54,693 nt of DNA from Frankiales bacterium (GTDB lineage Bacteria > Actinomycetota > Actinomycetes > Mycobacteriales > SCTD01): the NCBI GenBank assembly GCA_025965615.1, contig JAOPWP010000167.1:1-54693 (forward strand). The letters run 5' to 3'. Shown piece by piece: positions 1 through 9,391 of the stretch. Below the pieces are notes generated by a model that was given only the letters and a program-made list of their open reading frames with translations, ran no database searches and had not been told where the DNA came from. The stretch's first letter is position 1, and the number at the start of each line of letters is the position of its first letter. The position numbers and the translations under genes are program-made.

Positions 1-110
1 GTCGAGAACTCGAAGTACTGCGGCGCTGCGCAGCGCTGCGACAGGGTCGGACCGGCCGGGGCCGGCGGTCCGGTCATCAGGGCGGAGCGGGGGTCGGTGG
101 GGTCGTACAT
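1..110 (-). CDS. Partial CDS (first 36 codons; gene runs off the window start), product unknown
   Basis: Own reading of the minus strand. ATG at 110-108 is preceded by GAGGAGAAGC (rc of 111-120). It translates MYDPTDPRSALMTGPPAPAGPTLSQRCAAPQYFEFS with G/C-dominated third positions. It is absent from the ORF track because it has no stop inside the window. Confidence 0.4.
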   Translation of the reverse strand, partial: MYDPTDPRSALMTGPPAPAGPTLSQRCAAPQYFEFS

Positions 111-156
111 GCTTCTCCTCGGGCTCGTGGGGCGCTGGGCGCGTGGCGGGGGTCGG

Positions 157-1332
157 TCAGTGGGCGGCGGTGGCCGACCGGGATGCGGGAGGGGCGAGCC
201 CGTCCCGTGGTGCGGCGCCCGGCACGTCGCCGGGTCCGCCCGCAGGCACCGCGACGACGCTCTGGTCCTCGGGGGCCCAGGAGGCGTGCACCAGGTCCCC
301 GGGGCGGAAGTCGCGGGCTGCGGACACCGGCACCATCGCGGACCCGGTCGAGCCGTCAGGCATTCGGAGCTCGACCTTGTGGTGGGTGCCGAGGAAGATG
401 TCGGAGACGACGCGGACGCTCAGGCCGTTGTGCTCGGCCGGCACGGCAGCGCTGTCGACGTTCAGCTGCAGGCGCTCGGGACGTACGAGCAGCGCGCCGT
501 CGACGTCGCTGGCCGCCGAGGGCGCGGACCACGTCGAGCCCTGCCAGTGGTAGGCGCGGCGTGCGCGGTCGAGCGTGCCGTGGAAGACGTTCGACTCCCC
601 GAGGAACTCGGCCACGAACAGCGTGGCCGGGCGCAGGTAGAGCTCCTCGGGAGTGCCCACCTGCTCGATCCCGCCGGCGTTGAACACCGCGATGCGGTCC
701 GAGAGGGCGAGGGCCTCCTCCTGGTCGTGGGTGACGAACACGAAGGTGAGGCCGAGCTCGCGGTGCATCCGGCGAACCTCGTCCTGCAGCGTCGACCGGA
801 GCTTGCGGTCGAGGGCGCCGAGCGGTTCGTCCAGCAGCAGGGCGCGGGGGGCGAAGACCACGGCCCGGGCGAGGGCGACCCGCTGCTGCTGCCCGCCGGA
901 CAGGGCGCTCGGGTAGCGCTTCCCGTACTCGCTCAGGTGCACGAGCTCCAGCGCCTCGGCCACGCGCCGCGTGATCTCGGCGGCGGGGGTCTTGCGCTGC
1001 TTGAGGGGGAAGGCGATGTTCTGCTCGACCGTCATGTGGGGGAACAGGGCGTACTGCTGGAACACCATCCCGAGGTCACGCCGGTGCGGAGGCAGGCCGC
1101 TCACGTCCTCGTCCCCGAGCACGATGCGACCGGACGTGATGTCGGTGAAGCCGGCCACCATGTTCAGCGTCGTCGTCTTCCCGGAGCCGCTCGGACCCAG
1201 GAAGGTCATGAACTCACCGGCAGCGACGGTCACCGACACGTCGTCGACCGCAGGCACCACGGTGCCGGGGTACCTCTTGGTCAGGTGGGAGATCTCGATG
1301 CGCGTGCCTTGACCGAACGTGGTGGTGCTCAT
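157..1332 (-). CDS. ABC transporter ATP-binding protein (PotA-like, with C-terminal TOBE-type domain)
   Basis: Motifs: Walker A GPSGSGKTT, signature LSGGQQQRVALARA, Walker B LLLDEPLGALD, H-loop FVTHDQ. The start MSTTTFGQG (ATG at 1332) overlaps the stop of the upstream permease (ATGA). The 657-aa ORF in the track is this gene plus read-through of the permease region in another frame. Confidence 0.95.
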   Translation of the reverse strand: MSTTTFGQGTRIEISHLTKRYPGTVVPAVDDVSVTVAAGEFMTFLGPSGSGKTTTLNMVAGFTDITSGRIVLGDEDVSGLPPHRRDLGMVFQQYALFPHMTVEQNIAFPLKQRKTPAAEITRRVAEALELVHLSEYGKRYPSALSGGQQQRVALARAVVFAPRALLLDEPLGALDRKLRSTLQDEVRRMHRELGLTFVFVTHDQEEALALSDRIAVFNAGGIEQVGTPEELYLRPATLFVAEFLGESNVFHGTLDRARRAYHWQGSTWSAPSAASDVDGALLVRPERLQLNVDSAAVPAEHNGLSVRVVSDIFLGTHHKVELRMPDGSTGSAMVPVSAARDFRPGDLVHASWAPEDQSVVAVPAGGPGDVPGAAPRDGLAPPASRSATAAH

Positions 1333-2123
1333 GCGGGGTTCTCCTTGACGAGGCGCCGCGCAGCGCGCAGCTGCGGCAGCAGGATCAGCAGGCTCACCAC
1401 CACGACGACCACGCTGGACGCGGCGGCGATGGTCGGGTCGATCTCCAGGGTCACGCTCTTGTACATCTGGACAGGCAGCGTGGTGAGCGTCGGGGACTGG
1501 AGGAAGAGCGCGATCACGACTTCGTCGAAGCTGGTCACGAAGGCGAAGACCGCGCCGGACAGCACGCCCGGGAGCACGAGCGGCAGGGTGATCCGTCGGA
1601 ACACCGTCCACGGGCTCGCGCCGAGGCTGCTGGCGGCCGTCTCCAACCGCCGGTCGAAGCCCTGCAGGCTGGAGCTGACGCTGATCACGACGAAGGGCAG
1701 TGCCACGGCCGTGTGTGCCAGCACGAAGCCGAGGTAGGTGCCGTTGAGCTGCCACCGCAGGAACAGCACGTAGACGGCGATGGCGGTCACGATGTTGGGC
1801 ACCGTCATGGGCGACAGCAGCAGCGCCCGCAGCACGGTCGTGCCGCGGAAGGTTGCCCGAACCAGCCCGATGGCGGCCGCCGTCCCGAGGACCACGGACA
1901 GCGCGGCGACCGCAACGGCGATCCGGAGCGAGTTGAAGATCGCCGTGCGCCAGGCCGGGTCCGTGACGAACTCCCGGTACCAGCGGAGCGACCAGTCGTC
2001 GGGCGGGAAGGAGAAGGTGGTGCCTGCCGTGAAGCTCATCGGGATGACGACCAGCGTCGGCGCCACCAGCACCAGCGCGACGAGGATGACGGCGGCCCGC
2101 AGGCCCGGACTCGCGGCCCTCAC
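1329..2123 (-). CDS. ABC transporter permease (PotC-like)
   Basis: Multi-TM protein with an EAA loop (ETAASSLGASPWTVFRRITLPLVLPG). GTG start at 2123 overlaps the stop of the preceding permease (GTGA). Confidence 0.9.
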   Translation of the reverse strand: MRAASPGLRAAVILVALVLVAPTLVVIPMSFTAGTTFSFPPDDWSLRWYREFVTDPAWRTAIFNSLRIAVAVAALSVVLGTAAAIGLVRATFRGTTVLRALLLSPMTVPNIVTAIAVYVLFLRWQLNGTYLGFVLAHTAVALPFVVISVSSSLQGFDRRLETAASSLGASPWTVFRRITLPLVLPGVLSGAVFAFVTSFDEVVIALFLQSPTLTTLPVQMYKSVTLEIDPTIAAASSVVVVVVSLLILLPQLRAARRLVKENPA

Positions 2124-3010
2124 TTGACACCCCCGGTAGCGGCGGCCAGCGACGACGCGGGCCGGGCGAACCGCCCGATGACCGCGAGGACGAGGCCCGT
2201 GATGACGAGCAGGACGGTGCCCAGCGCGCCGGCCCCGGCGAAGTCCAGCAGTGCCGTGGTGCGGATGGCGAGCAGCTGCGCGACCAGGGACTGCTGAGAG
2301 GACCCGAGCAGTGCTGGCGTGATGTAGAAGCCGAGGCTCAGGATGAACACGAGGGTGCAGCCCGCCACGACGCCGGGGGCCGACAGCGGCAGGTAGATCT
2401 TGCGGAAGGCCGTCCTCGGCTTCGCCCCGAGGCTCTGCGCAGCCTGGAGCAGGCGGCGGTCGATCTGCTGCATGGAGCTGTAGAGCGGCAGCACCATGAA
2501 CGGAAGCAGGACCTGCGTCATGGCCACCGTGACGCCCACCGTCGTCCCGAGCAGGACGACGTCCAGGCCGAACAGGCTGAAGAAGCGCTGGATCGGCCCG
2601 CCGTCCTGCATGAGCAGCAGCCAGGCGAAGTTCCTCGCCATGAGGCTCGTCCAGAAGGGGAGCAGGACCAGCGTCGTGAGCACGGCCCGCCCGGCCGGCG
2701 AGGCGATGCTCATGACGTAGGCGTAGGGGTAGGCCAGCAGCAGGGCCAGGACCACGACGGTCACGGCGACACGCAGCGTCCGCAGGATCACCGTCGTGGT
2801 GATGCCGTCGTCGAGCATCGCCGTGTAGTTGGTCAGCCCGACGTCCGGATCGGTGAAGCTGCGCAGGACGATCTGCAGGAGCGGGAGACCGAACGCCACG
2901 GCGAGCAGCGCCAGCGCTGGGAGGAACAGCAGCACCCGGGGCACGTGCCGCCGCGCCGGGCGCGGCGGCACGTGCGCCGCCGGCGCCGGTGCGTCCAGAA
3001 CAGCTGTCAC
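2120..3010 (-). CDS. ABC transporter permease (PotB-like)
   Basis: Six predicted TM helices and an EAA loop (LQAAQSLGAKPRTAFRKIYLPLSAPG). GTG start lies 4 nt after the binding-protein stop. Confidence 0.9.
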   Translation of the reverse strand: MTAVLDAPAPAAHVPPRPARRHVPRVLLFLPALALLAVAFGLPLLQIVLRSFTDPDVGLTNYTAMLDDGITTTVILRTLRVAVTVVVLALLLAYPYAYVMSIASPAGRAVLTTLVLLPFWTSLMARNFAWLLLMQDGGPIQRFFSLFGLDVVLLGTTVGVTVAMTQVLLPFMVLPLYSSMQQIDRRLLQAAQSLGAKPRTAFRKIYLPLSAPGVVAGCTLVFILSLGFYITPALLGSSQQSLVAQLLAIRTTALLDFAGAGALGTVLLVITGLVLAVIGRFARPASSLAAATGGVK

Positions 3011-3014
3011 GATC

Positions 3015-4088
3015 TCAGCCCGCGAGCCAGATGGTGAACTTCTGCTGGGTGGCGTTGAAGTTCTGCGCCCACCACTCCACGTCCATCTGCGTGATCGTCC
3101 CGCGGCCCTCGGCGAAGGCGTCGAACTTCTTGGTCACCGCGTCGTAGACAGGCTTGGCCGTGGTGTTCGCCGGAGCCGTCCCCGACAGCTCGGAGAACCT
3201 GGCGGACTGCTCAGGCTTGGTCGCGAAGGCGAGGAACTTGGTGGCCAGGTCCTTGTTGGGCGAGCCCTTGGGGATGAACAGAGCGTTGACGTTCGACACC
3301 GTGTGGTCGAAGACGGGAGCGATCGGGGCGCCGGCCTTGGCCGTGCTGATCGCGCGGGCCGTGACGATCAGGCCCATGTCCGCCTGCTTGTCCGTGAGCA
3401 GCTGCGACAGCTGGCCGTTGTTCGTGGCGAAGATCGTGTCCTTGCGGATGGCGCCGAACTTGCCCAGCGCCCGGTCGACGTCCAGCGGGTACAGGGCCCC
3501 GGGCGCGACGCCGTCGGCGAGCAGGGCGGCCTCCAGGAGTCCGGAGGACAGGTCGCTGACGACGCCCCTCTTGCCCGGGAAGGCCTTGGTGTCGAAGTAG
3601 TCCGCCACCTTCGTGGGCGGCTTGGCGCCGAACTTCTCGGTGTTGTAGACGAACAGCAGGCCGTAGCGCTCCGCCGGCACGCTGCAGTCGTTGACCGTGC
3701 CCTTGGGGAACTGCGCCGTGTCGAACTGCTTGAGGTCCAGCCGCTCGACGTACTTGCCGCAGAACTCGCGGGCGAAGAAGGGGCTGCCGTCCACGACGTC
3801 CCAGGTCGTCTTGCCGCCTTCCACCATCGCGCGGATCTTGGCCTGGTCGGACGGGCCGTCGTTGTTGAAGGTGGTCTCGTTGGCCGCCGTGAACGGAGCG
3901 AGCCAGGCCTTGCCCTGGTTCTCCTGGAAGGGGCCGCCGTAGCTGACGAACGTCAGCGTGCCGCCCTTCACGTCCTTGACCGGAGCGGCGACCTCGGCCG
4001 GCGGGCCGGACGGTTCGGACGATCCGCAGCCGGACAGCGCCAGCATGGCGAGAGCAGCTGTGCCGCAGGCGATCTTCAGTCGGTTCAC
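3015..4088 (-). CDS. ABC transporter substrate-binding lipoprotein (PotD/PotF-like family 1 solute-binding protein)
   Basis: Lipoprotein signal MNRLKIACGTAALAMLALSGC (lipobox LSGC). GTG start is preceded by GAAGGAGAACC. Size and composition fit a periplasmic binding protein, and it is first in a 4-gene ABC operon. Confidence 0.9.
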   Translation of the reverse strand: MNRLKIACGTAALAMLALSGCGSSEPSGPPAEVAAPVKDVKGGTLTFVSYGGPFQENQGKAWLAPFTAANETTFNNDGPSDQAKIRAMVEGGKTTWDVVDGSPFFAREFCGKYVERLDLKQFDTAQFPKGTVNDCSVPAERYGLLFVYNTEKFGAKPPTKVADYFDTKAFPGKRGVVSDLSSGLLEAALLADGVAPGALYPLDVDRALGKFGAIRKDTIFATNNGQLSQLLTDKQADMGLIVTARAISTAKAGAPIAPVFDHTVSNVNALFIPKGSPNKDLATKFLAFATKPEQSARFSELSGTAPANTTAKPVYDAVTKKFDAFAEGRGTITQMDVEWWAQNFNATQQKFTIWLAG

Positions 4089-4109
4089 GGTTCTCCTTCA
4101 GGGGGCGCG

Positions 4110-4131
4110 CTGGCCGACGATCGACGGCCAG
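4110..4131. promoter_or_regulatory. 22-bp near-perfect palindrome CTGGCCGACGATCGACGGCCAG upstream of the ABC operon
   Basis: Read directly. The arms CTGGCCG/CGGCCAG flank the self-complementary core CGATCG, with two symmetric A/A mismatches. It lies 22 nt upstream of the binding-protein start and 50 nt downstream of the IclR stop. It could be an operator or an RNA stem-loop. Confidence 0.35.
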
Positions 4132-4180
4132 CCGTTGCGTGTTGCAGAGGTGTGCGAGGGGTGAGCTGTGAAGCGGTGGG

Positions 4181-4972
4181 TCAGGCCTCTGCCTGTCCGG
4201 TCCTGCCGGACACGACGTCGGACAGGGCGCGGCCGGCGGCGATGACGGCGGCTGCCGGTTCGCTGTCGATGCCCTCGGGGATGACGGCGGCGATACCGAC
4301 GACGGCGAGGGTCGCGCAGACCGCGTCGCCGTCGAAGACGGGGACGGCGATGGTCCGCACCCCCTCGTCGGCGAACTCGTACACGGCCACGCCGGCCTGG
4401 CGGTTGGCCGCCAGTTCCGACAGCACGCTCGTCCGCAGCTCGGCGGACAGGCTCTGGACCAGTCGCTCCGGCAGGCGAGGGTCGTCCAGGTGCGCGAGGT
4501 ACACCCGGCCCTGCGCGGAGTTCCAGGCGAGCGTCGAGCCGACGGCGACGGAGACGCTGATGACGCGGCGGCGCTCCTCCTGCATGCGCGCGACGACCAG
4601 CCCGGCTCCGCCGGGGACGCTGAGGACGGTCGTCTGCTGCACGTCCTGGCTCAGTGACTCGAGCACCGGGCCGGCCGCTTCGATGACCCGGTAGCCGGTG
4701 CTGGCGAGGACGCCGACCTGCACGAGGAGCGGCCCGAGCTCGTAGTTGGCGCCGTCGACCCGACGGAGCAGGCCGTGGGTCTCCATGGAGGTGAGGTAGC
4801 GGTGAGCGGTCGAGCGGCCGACGCCCAGCTCCGCGGAGGCCTGCGCCAGCCGGATGGTGCGCTGCCCGGGAGTGAGGAGCCGGAGCAGTCGGGCGACCCG
4901 AGCGACGACCTGCAGGTCGCCACGACCGACGTCGAGGTCGCCGACCCGGCTCTCGATCGACTGCTCGTCCAT
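4181..4972 (-). CDS. IclR-family transcriptional regulator
   Basis: Winged-HTH segment LAQASAELGVGRSTAHRYLTSMETHGLL followed by an IclR-type effector domain. The start MDEQSIES (ATG at 4972) was chosen inside the 751-aa track ORF; the upstream part of that ORF is Arg/Gly/Pro-rich shadow sequence antisense to aacS. Confidence 0.9.
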   Translation of the reverse strand: MDEQSIESRVGDLDVGRGDLQVVARVARLLRLLTPGQRTIRLAQASAELGVGRSTAHRYLTSMETHGLLRRVDGANYELGPLLVQVGVLASTGYRVIEAAGPVLESLSQDVQQTTVLSVPGGAGLVVARMQEERRRVISVSVAVGSTLAWNSAQGRVYLAHLDDPRLPERLVQSLSAELRTSVLSELAANRQAGVAVYEFADEGVRTIAVPVFDGDAVCATLAVVGIAAVIPEGIDSEPAAAVIAAGRALSDVVSGRTGQAEA

Positions 4973-4994
4973 GAGCCCCTCCTTCCTTTGTCCC

Positions 4995-5027
4995 GTTCCG
5001 CGGGATAGCGTTCCTGCTATGCGGAAC
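4995..5027. promoter_or_regulatory. Nested inverted repeat GTTCCGC-GGG-ATAGC-GTTCCT-GCTAT-GCGGAAC in the iclR/aacS divergent region
   Basis: Read directly. Outer arms are GTTCCGC (4995-5001) and GCGGAAC (5021-5027). Inner arms are ATAGC (5005-5009) and GCTAT (5016-5020). It lies 23 nt upstream of the IclR start, so it is a candidate IclR operator. Confidence 0.4.
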
Positions 5028-5200
5028 GCGTGATGGCGGTCACTATGGCTTCCGCCACGCGAGCGGTCAAGGCCCCAGGACAGATTTCTTCCGCATACCG
5101 GTGCGCCGTGCCCGCGGAGCGGGACAAACAGCCCGCACCAGGCGTAGCCTCCGGGCCCGCGCCCACCACGCTGGCGCAGCCGGACCTCAGGAGCCGCCCG

Positions 5201-7204
5201 ATGACCACGCCCCCGACGCAGGCCCGCGACAGCCCTCCAGTCCTGTGGGCGCCGACGCCCGAGCAGGTCGCAGGTTCCAGACTCACCGCGTTCGCCGCGA
5301 TGGTCCGCGACCGCTTCGACGCTCCCTCGGCGTCGTATGAGGAGCTCTGGCGGTGGTCGGTCGAGCACCTCGAAGACTTCTGGGGTGCCGCCTGGGAGCA
5401 CTTCGACGTCATCAGCTCCGCTCCGTACACCTCCGTGCTGACCACGCGCGAGATGCCAGGCGCCCGATGGTTTCCCGGCGCCCGGCTCAACCTCGCCCAG
5501 AACGTGCTGCGCCACGAGCGGACGGGACCGGCGCTGATCGTGGCGTCGGAGAGTGGCCCGACCCGCACCATCTCCTGGCCGGAGCTCCGCAGCCTGGTCG
5601 GCGCCTTCCAGGCGACGCTCATCCGGCTCGGCGTCGCGCCGGGTGACCGCGTCGTCGCCTACCTTCCCAACGGGCTGGAGGCGGTCGTCGCCATGCTGGG
5701 CTGCGCCGCGCAGGGAGCCGTGTGGTCGACCTGTGCACCCGACATCGGGCCGGCCAGCGCGATCGACCGCTTCGGGCAGCTGGAGCCCGTACTGCTGCTC
5801 GCTGTGGATGGCTACCGGTTCGGCGGCAAGGAGAGGGACCGGGCCGAGGGGGTGGACCAGCTGCTCGACGGGCTGCCGACGGTCCGGGCGGTCGTCTCCG
5901 TACCGGCCCTCGGGCGGGGGGTGCGGCGCGAGGGCACCGAGGTGGTGGACTGGGCCGACGCCGTCGCCGACCGGCAGGACCCCGTCTACGCCCAGCTCGA
6001 CGCCGAGGCGCCCCTGTGGGTCGTCTACTCGTCCGGCACGACCGGGCTGCCCAAGGGCCTGGTGCACGGGCACGCCGGGGTCCTGCTGATGGGGCTCGTC
6101 CAGCAGGCGCTCCAGTACGACGTCGGCCCACGGGACCGGGTGCTCTGGTACACCTCGACCAGCTGGATCATGTGGAACAGCCAGATCGCCGTGCTGTCGG
6201 CCGGCGGGACGTCGGTCCTCTACGACGGCAGCCCGCTGTGGCCCTCGGCGGACCGGCTCTGGGAGCTCGCGGCCGAGCACGGCGTCACGGGGCTCGGGAC
6301 CAGCCCCGGCTACCTGCTCGCCAGCGAGAAGGCCGGCCTCGAGCCGGGCCGGGACCACGACCTGTCCGCGCTGCGGGCAGTCGGGGTGACGGGTTCGCCC
6401 CTGCCCGGGTCGTCGGCCCGGTGGATCTACGACCACGTCTCAGGCGACCTCGCGCTGCACAACATCAGCGGTGGCACCGACTTCGCGGCGGCGCTGGTGT
6501 GCGACGCCCCCTGGCTCCCCGTCACGGAAGGCGAGATGTCGTGTCGCGGCCTGGGGATCCACGTCGAGTCATGGGACGAGGACGGTGAGCCGCTGCTGGA
6601 CGAGGTCGGGGAGCTGGTGGTGCGAACACCGATGCCGTCGATGCCGCTGGAGATCTGGGGCGATGAGGACGGCTCCCGCTACACCGACGCCTACTTCTCG
6701 ACCTACCCCGGGACCTGGCGGCACGGAGACTGGGTGACCGTCACGAGCCGGGGGACGGCCGTCGTGCACGGCCGCTCCGACTCCACCCTCAACCGGCACG
6801 GGGTCCGCATGGGCAGCGCCGACATCTACGCCGCGGTCGAGGCCCAGCCCGAGGTGGCTGAGGCGCTCGTGCTGGGTGTGGAGCTACCCGGCGGCGGTTA
6901 CTGGCTTCCGCTGTTCGTGCACCTGGCGCCGGGCATCGAGCTCGACGACACCCTCGTGAAGCGCCTCACCTCGGTGGTCCGCGACCAGGTGTCCCCTCGA
7001 CACGTGCCGGACGAGGTGATCCAGGTGCCGGCGATCCCGCACACGGCGACCGGCAAGAAGCTCGAGGTGCCGCTCAAGCGCATCGCCCAGGGCGTGGCCG
7101 TCGACCGCGCGCTCAACCTCGGCTCGGTGGACAGCCCCGACGCGGTCCGCTGGTTCGTCGAGCACCTGGCGGACCGGGCCACCCAGCGCGGGTCGGCCTC
7201 CTGA
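5201..7204 (+). CDS. aacS: Acetoacetyl-CoA synthetase (acetoacetate-CoA ligase)
   Basis: The N-terminal signature PVLWAPTPEQVAGSRLTAFAAMV...YEELWRWSVEHLEDFWGAAWEHF is typical of this family. AMP-binding motif YSSGTTGLPKG is present. ATG at 5201 is preceded by AGGAGC, so the upstream 57 codons of the track ORF were discarded. Confidence 0.9.
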   Translation: MTTPPTQARDSPPVLWAPTPEQVAGSRLTAFAAMVRDRFDAPSASYEELWRWSVEHLEDFWGAAWEHFDVISSAPYTSVLTTREMPGARWFPGARLNLAQNVLRHERTGPALIVASESGPTRTISWPELRSLVGAFQATLIRLGVAPGDRVVAYLPNGLEAVVAMLGCAAQGAVWSTCAPDIGPASAIDRFGQLEPVLLLAVDGYRFGGKERDRAEGVDQLLDGLPTVRAVVSVPALGRGVRREGTEVVDWADAVADRQDPVYAQLDAEAPLWVVYSSGTTGLPKGLVHGHAGVLLMGLVQQALQYDVGPRDRVLWYTSTSWIMWNSQIAVLSAGGTSVLYDGSPLWPSADRLWELAAEHGVTGLGTSPGYLLASEKAGLEPGRDHDLSALRAVGVTGSPLPGSSARWIYDHVSGDLALHNISGGTDFAAALVCDAPWLPVTEGEMSCRGLGIHVESWDEDGEPLLDEVGELVVRTPMPSMPLEIWGDEDGSRYTDAYFSTYPGTWRHGDWVTVTSRGTAVVHGRSDSTLNRHGVRMGSADIYAAVEAQPEVAEALVLGVELPGGGYWLPLFVHLAPGIELDDTLVKRLTSVVRDQVSPRHVPDEVIQVPAIPHTATGKKLEVPLKRIAQGVAVDRALNLGSVDSPDAVRWFVEHLADRATQRGSAS

Positions 7205-7368
7205 CCACGCCGACCTGCACGAGGACGCCTACGCGCCGAAGGGGCTGACGGCGTCGAGCGACGTGCACGCCAGGCCTGCTCGCCGACCTCACCGGGTGCG
7301 TCGACCAGGCGCGATCGCGTCCGTCGCCTAGCGTCGTCCCCGACAGCGACCGGACCAGGAGAACAGCC

Positions 7369-8343
7369 ATGCGTGCGGGCAGCGGTACGGGTCTGACCCT
7401 CGCCCTGCTGTCGGCGGCGACCTTCGGCACGTCGGGCTCCTTCGCCGCCAGCCTCATCGAGGCCGGCTGGACACCGGGGGCCGCGGTGACGGCGAGGGTC
7501 GTCGTGGCCGCCGCCGTGCTGAGCGTCCCGGCGCTCCTGCTGCTCCGCGGGCAGGAGGCGCTGCTGCGACGGAGCAGCCGCACGCTTGTCGTGTACGGCG
7601 TCGGCGCGGTCGCCGGAGCGCAGCTGTGCTTCTTCATGGCCGTGGAGAGCCTCTCGGTGGCCGTCGCTCTGCTGCTGGAGTACTCCGGCGCCCTGCTCGT
7701 GGTCGGCTACCTCTGGCTGAGGCGAGATCAGCGACCCGGGCGGCTGACCGTCGCGGGCGCCGTCGTGTCCGTCCTCGGCCTCGGGCTGGTGCTCGAGCTG
7801 GGGACCAACGCCGACCTGGACCCGGTGGGGGTGCTCTGGGGGTTCGGCGCGGCGATCGGCCTGGCGACCTACTTCGTGCTCTCGGCAGAGACCGACGACG
7901 TGCTGCCGCCCCTGGTGGTGGCCTGGGGCGGCCTGACCATCGGTGGCGCAGCACTCGCCACCGCAGGCCTGATCGGGGTGCTGCCGCTCGCCGCACCTCG
8001 TACGGACGTCACGCTCCTCGACACCCAGGTCAGCTGGCTGGTCCCGATCATCGGGCTCTCGGTCGTGGCCGCAGCGATCGCCTACGTGACGGGCATCGTC
8101 GGGGCGCGCCTGCTCGGTGCGAAGGTGGCGTCGTTCGTCGGGCTCACCGAGGTGCTGTTCGCCGTGGTGTTCGCGTGGGTGCTGCTCGGTCAGTCGCTCG
8201 GCGTCGTGCAGCTCCTGGGGGCCGGCCTGGTCCTCGTCGGCATCTCGCTCGTGCGCGTCGAGGAGCTCCGCAGCCCCTCCGCGGCCGTCGACGTCCCGCC
8301 GTCGGAGGCCGCCGTGCTGGGGGCTCAACCGACCGACCCGTGA
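7369..8343 (+). CDS. EamA/DMT-family transporter
   Basis: About 10 hydrophobic helices in two EamA-like halves. ATG is preceded by CCAGGAGAACAGCC. Confidence 0.85.
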   Translation: MRAGSGTGLTLALLSAATFGTSGSFAASLIEAGWTPGAAVTARVVVAAAVLSVPALLLLRGQEALLRRSSRTLVVYGVGAVAGAQLCFFMAVESLSVAVALLLEYSGALLVVGYLWLRRDQRPGRLTVAGAVVSVLGLGLVLELGTNADLDPVGVLWGFGAAIGLATYFVLSAETDDVLPPLVVAWGGLTIGGAALATAGLIGVLPLAAPRTDVTLLDTQVSWLVPIIGLSVVAAAIAYVTGIVGARLLGAKVASFVGLTEVLFAVVFAWVLLGQSLGVVQLLGAGLVLVGISLVRVEELRSPSAAVDVPPSEAAVLGAQPTDP

Positions 8344-8367
8344 GCCGGCCCGTCGCGGCCGGGCGTC

Positions 8368-9375
8368 TCAGCGCAGGTCGATCAGCACCTTGCCGACGAC
8401 TCCCTGCTCGACGGCGTCGTGCGCCGCTGCCGTCTCCTCCAGCCGGTAGTGGTGCAGCGGGATGCCCCGGTCCTCGCCGACCTGGAGGGCGCCCGCGGCC
8501 ACCGCAGCGGTGACGTCCGTCGTGGCCGCGGCGAGCAGCTCCGGCGCCAGCGTGTAGAGCAGGACGCCCTGGAGCCTGACGTTCTTGGCGAAGCTCGGGC
8601 GGACCGGCAGCGTCGCCTGATCGCCCCCGTTGGTGGCGTAGAAGGCGACCGTCCCGCCGTTGCCCACGACCGACAGGTCGAGCGCGAGGTTCTGGGCAGG
8701 CGCCACCTCGACGACCAGGTCCACCCCGTCGGGGGCGATCTCGGCGATCCGGCTGGCGGCGTCCTCGCGGCGGTAGTCGACGACGTGGTGGGCGCCGGCG
8801 GCTGTGGCGAGCGCCGCCTTCCGCTCGCTGCTGACCGTGGTGAGCACCGTCGCTCCGGCCCAGACGGCGAGCTGGATCGCAGCGTTGCCGACCGCTCCGG
8901 CACCACCGGCCACCAGGACGGTTGCGCCGTCCAGGGCGCCTGATGACAGGCGTCGTACTGCCTCGCCGGACGTGAGGGCCCGGTGGGCTGTCACGGCCGG
9001 GATCCCGAGGCTCGCACCGAGGTCGAAGTCGGCGACATCCGGCAGCGGGACGACCCGCGAGGCCGGCTGGACGGTGAGCTCTGCTGCGGTGCCGTACGCG
9101 CGGCCGTGCTGGGCGAGCACCAGCCAGACGCGGTCCCCCACGCCGACCGAGTCGACGCCGGGCCCGACGGCTTCCACGAGACCGGCACCGTCCTGGCCCG
9201 GCACGACCTCGTCGTAGCCGGACATCATCCCGGCGCGGAACTTCCAGTCGGTGGGGTTGACCCCGGCCCGCTCCAGGCGGACCAGGACCTCGCCGGGTCC
9301 CGGAGCCGGCACGTCACGGTCGACGAGGCTGAGCACGGACGACGGGCCGACCTCGCGGTACACGATTGCTCTCAT
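8368..9375 (-). CDS. NADPH:quinone reductase-like MDR-family oxidoreductase
   Basis: GroES-like N-domain (GEVLVRLERAGVNPTD), Rossmann motif VLVAGGAGAVGNAAIQLA, and the C-terminal GKVLIDL typical of zeta-crystallin-type quinone oxidoreductases. Confidence 0.9.
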   Translation of the reverse strand: MRAIVYREVGPSSVLSLVDRDVPAPGPGEVLVRLERAGVNPTDWKFRAGMMSGYDEVVPGQDGAGLVEAVGPGVDSVGVGDRVWLVLAQHGRAYGTAAELTVQPASRVVPLPDVADFDLGASLGIPAVTAHRALTSGEAVRRLSSGALDGATVLVAGGAGAVGNAAIQLAVWAGATVLTTVSSERKAALATAAGAHHVVDYRREDAASRIAEIAPDGVDLVVEVAPAQNLALDLSVVGNGGTVAFYATNGGDQATLPVRPSFAKNVRLQGVLLYTLAPELLAAATTDVTAAVAAGALQVGEDRGIPLHHYRLEETAAAHDAVEQGVVGKVLIDLR

Positions 9376-9391
9376 GCCAGGGGCAGCAGGT

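Noticed and set aside
97-1737. 546-aa plus-strand ORF, with nested ORFs at 143..553, 183..683, 653..916 and 971..1312
   Set aside because: It lies antisense to a motif-rich ABC ATPase/permease pair. The translation is dominated by Arg/Gly/Ala/Pro with no recognisable domain. This is a typical shadow ORF of high-GC DNA.
2829-4694. 621-aa plus-strand ORF spanning the binding-protein and IclR genes
   Set aside because: It lies antisense to two well-supported genes and crosses their intergenic region. The sequence is low-complexity and Arg/Gly-rich, with no motifs.
4973-6436. Upstream extension of the 751-aa minus-strand track ORF containing the IclR gene
   Set aside because: The extension lies antisense to aacS and is Arg/Pro/Gly-rich. 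A proper IclR-length protein begins at the ATG at 4972.
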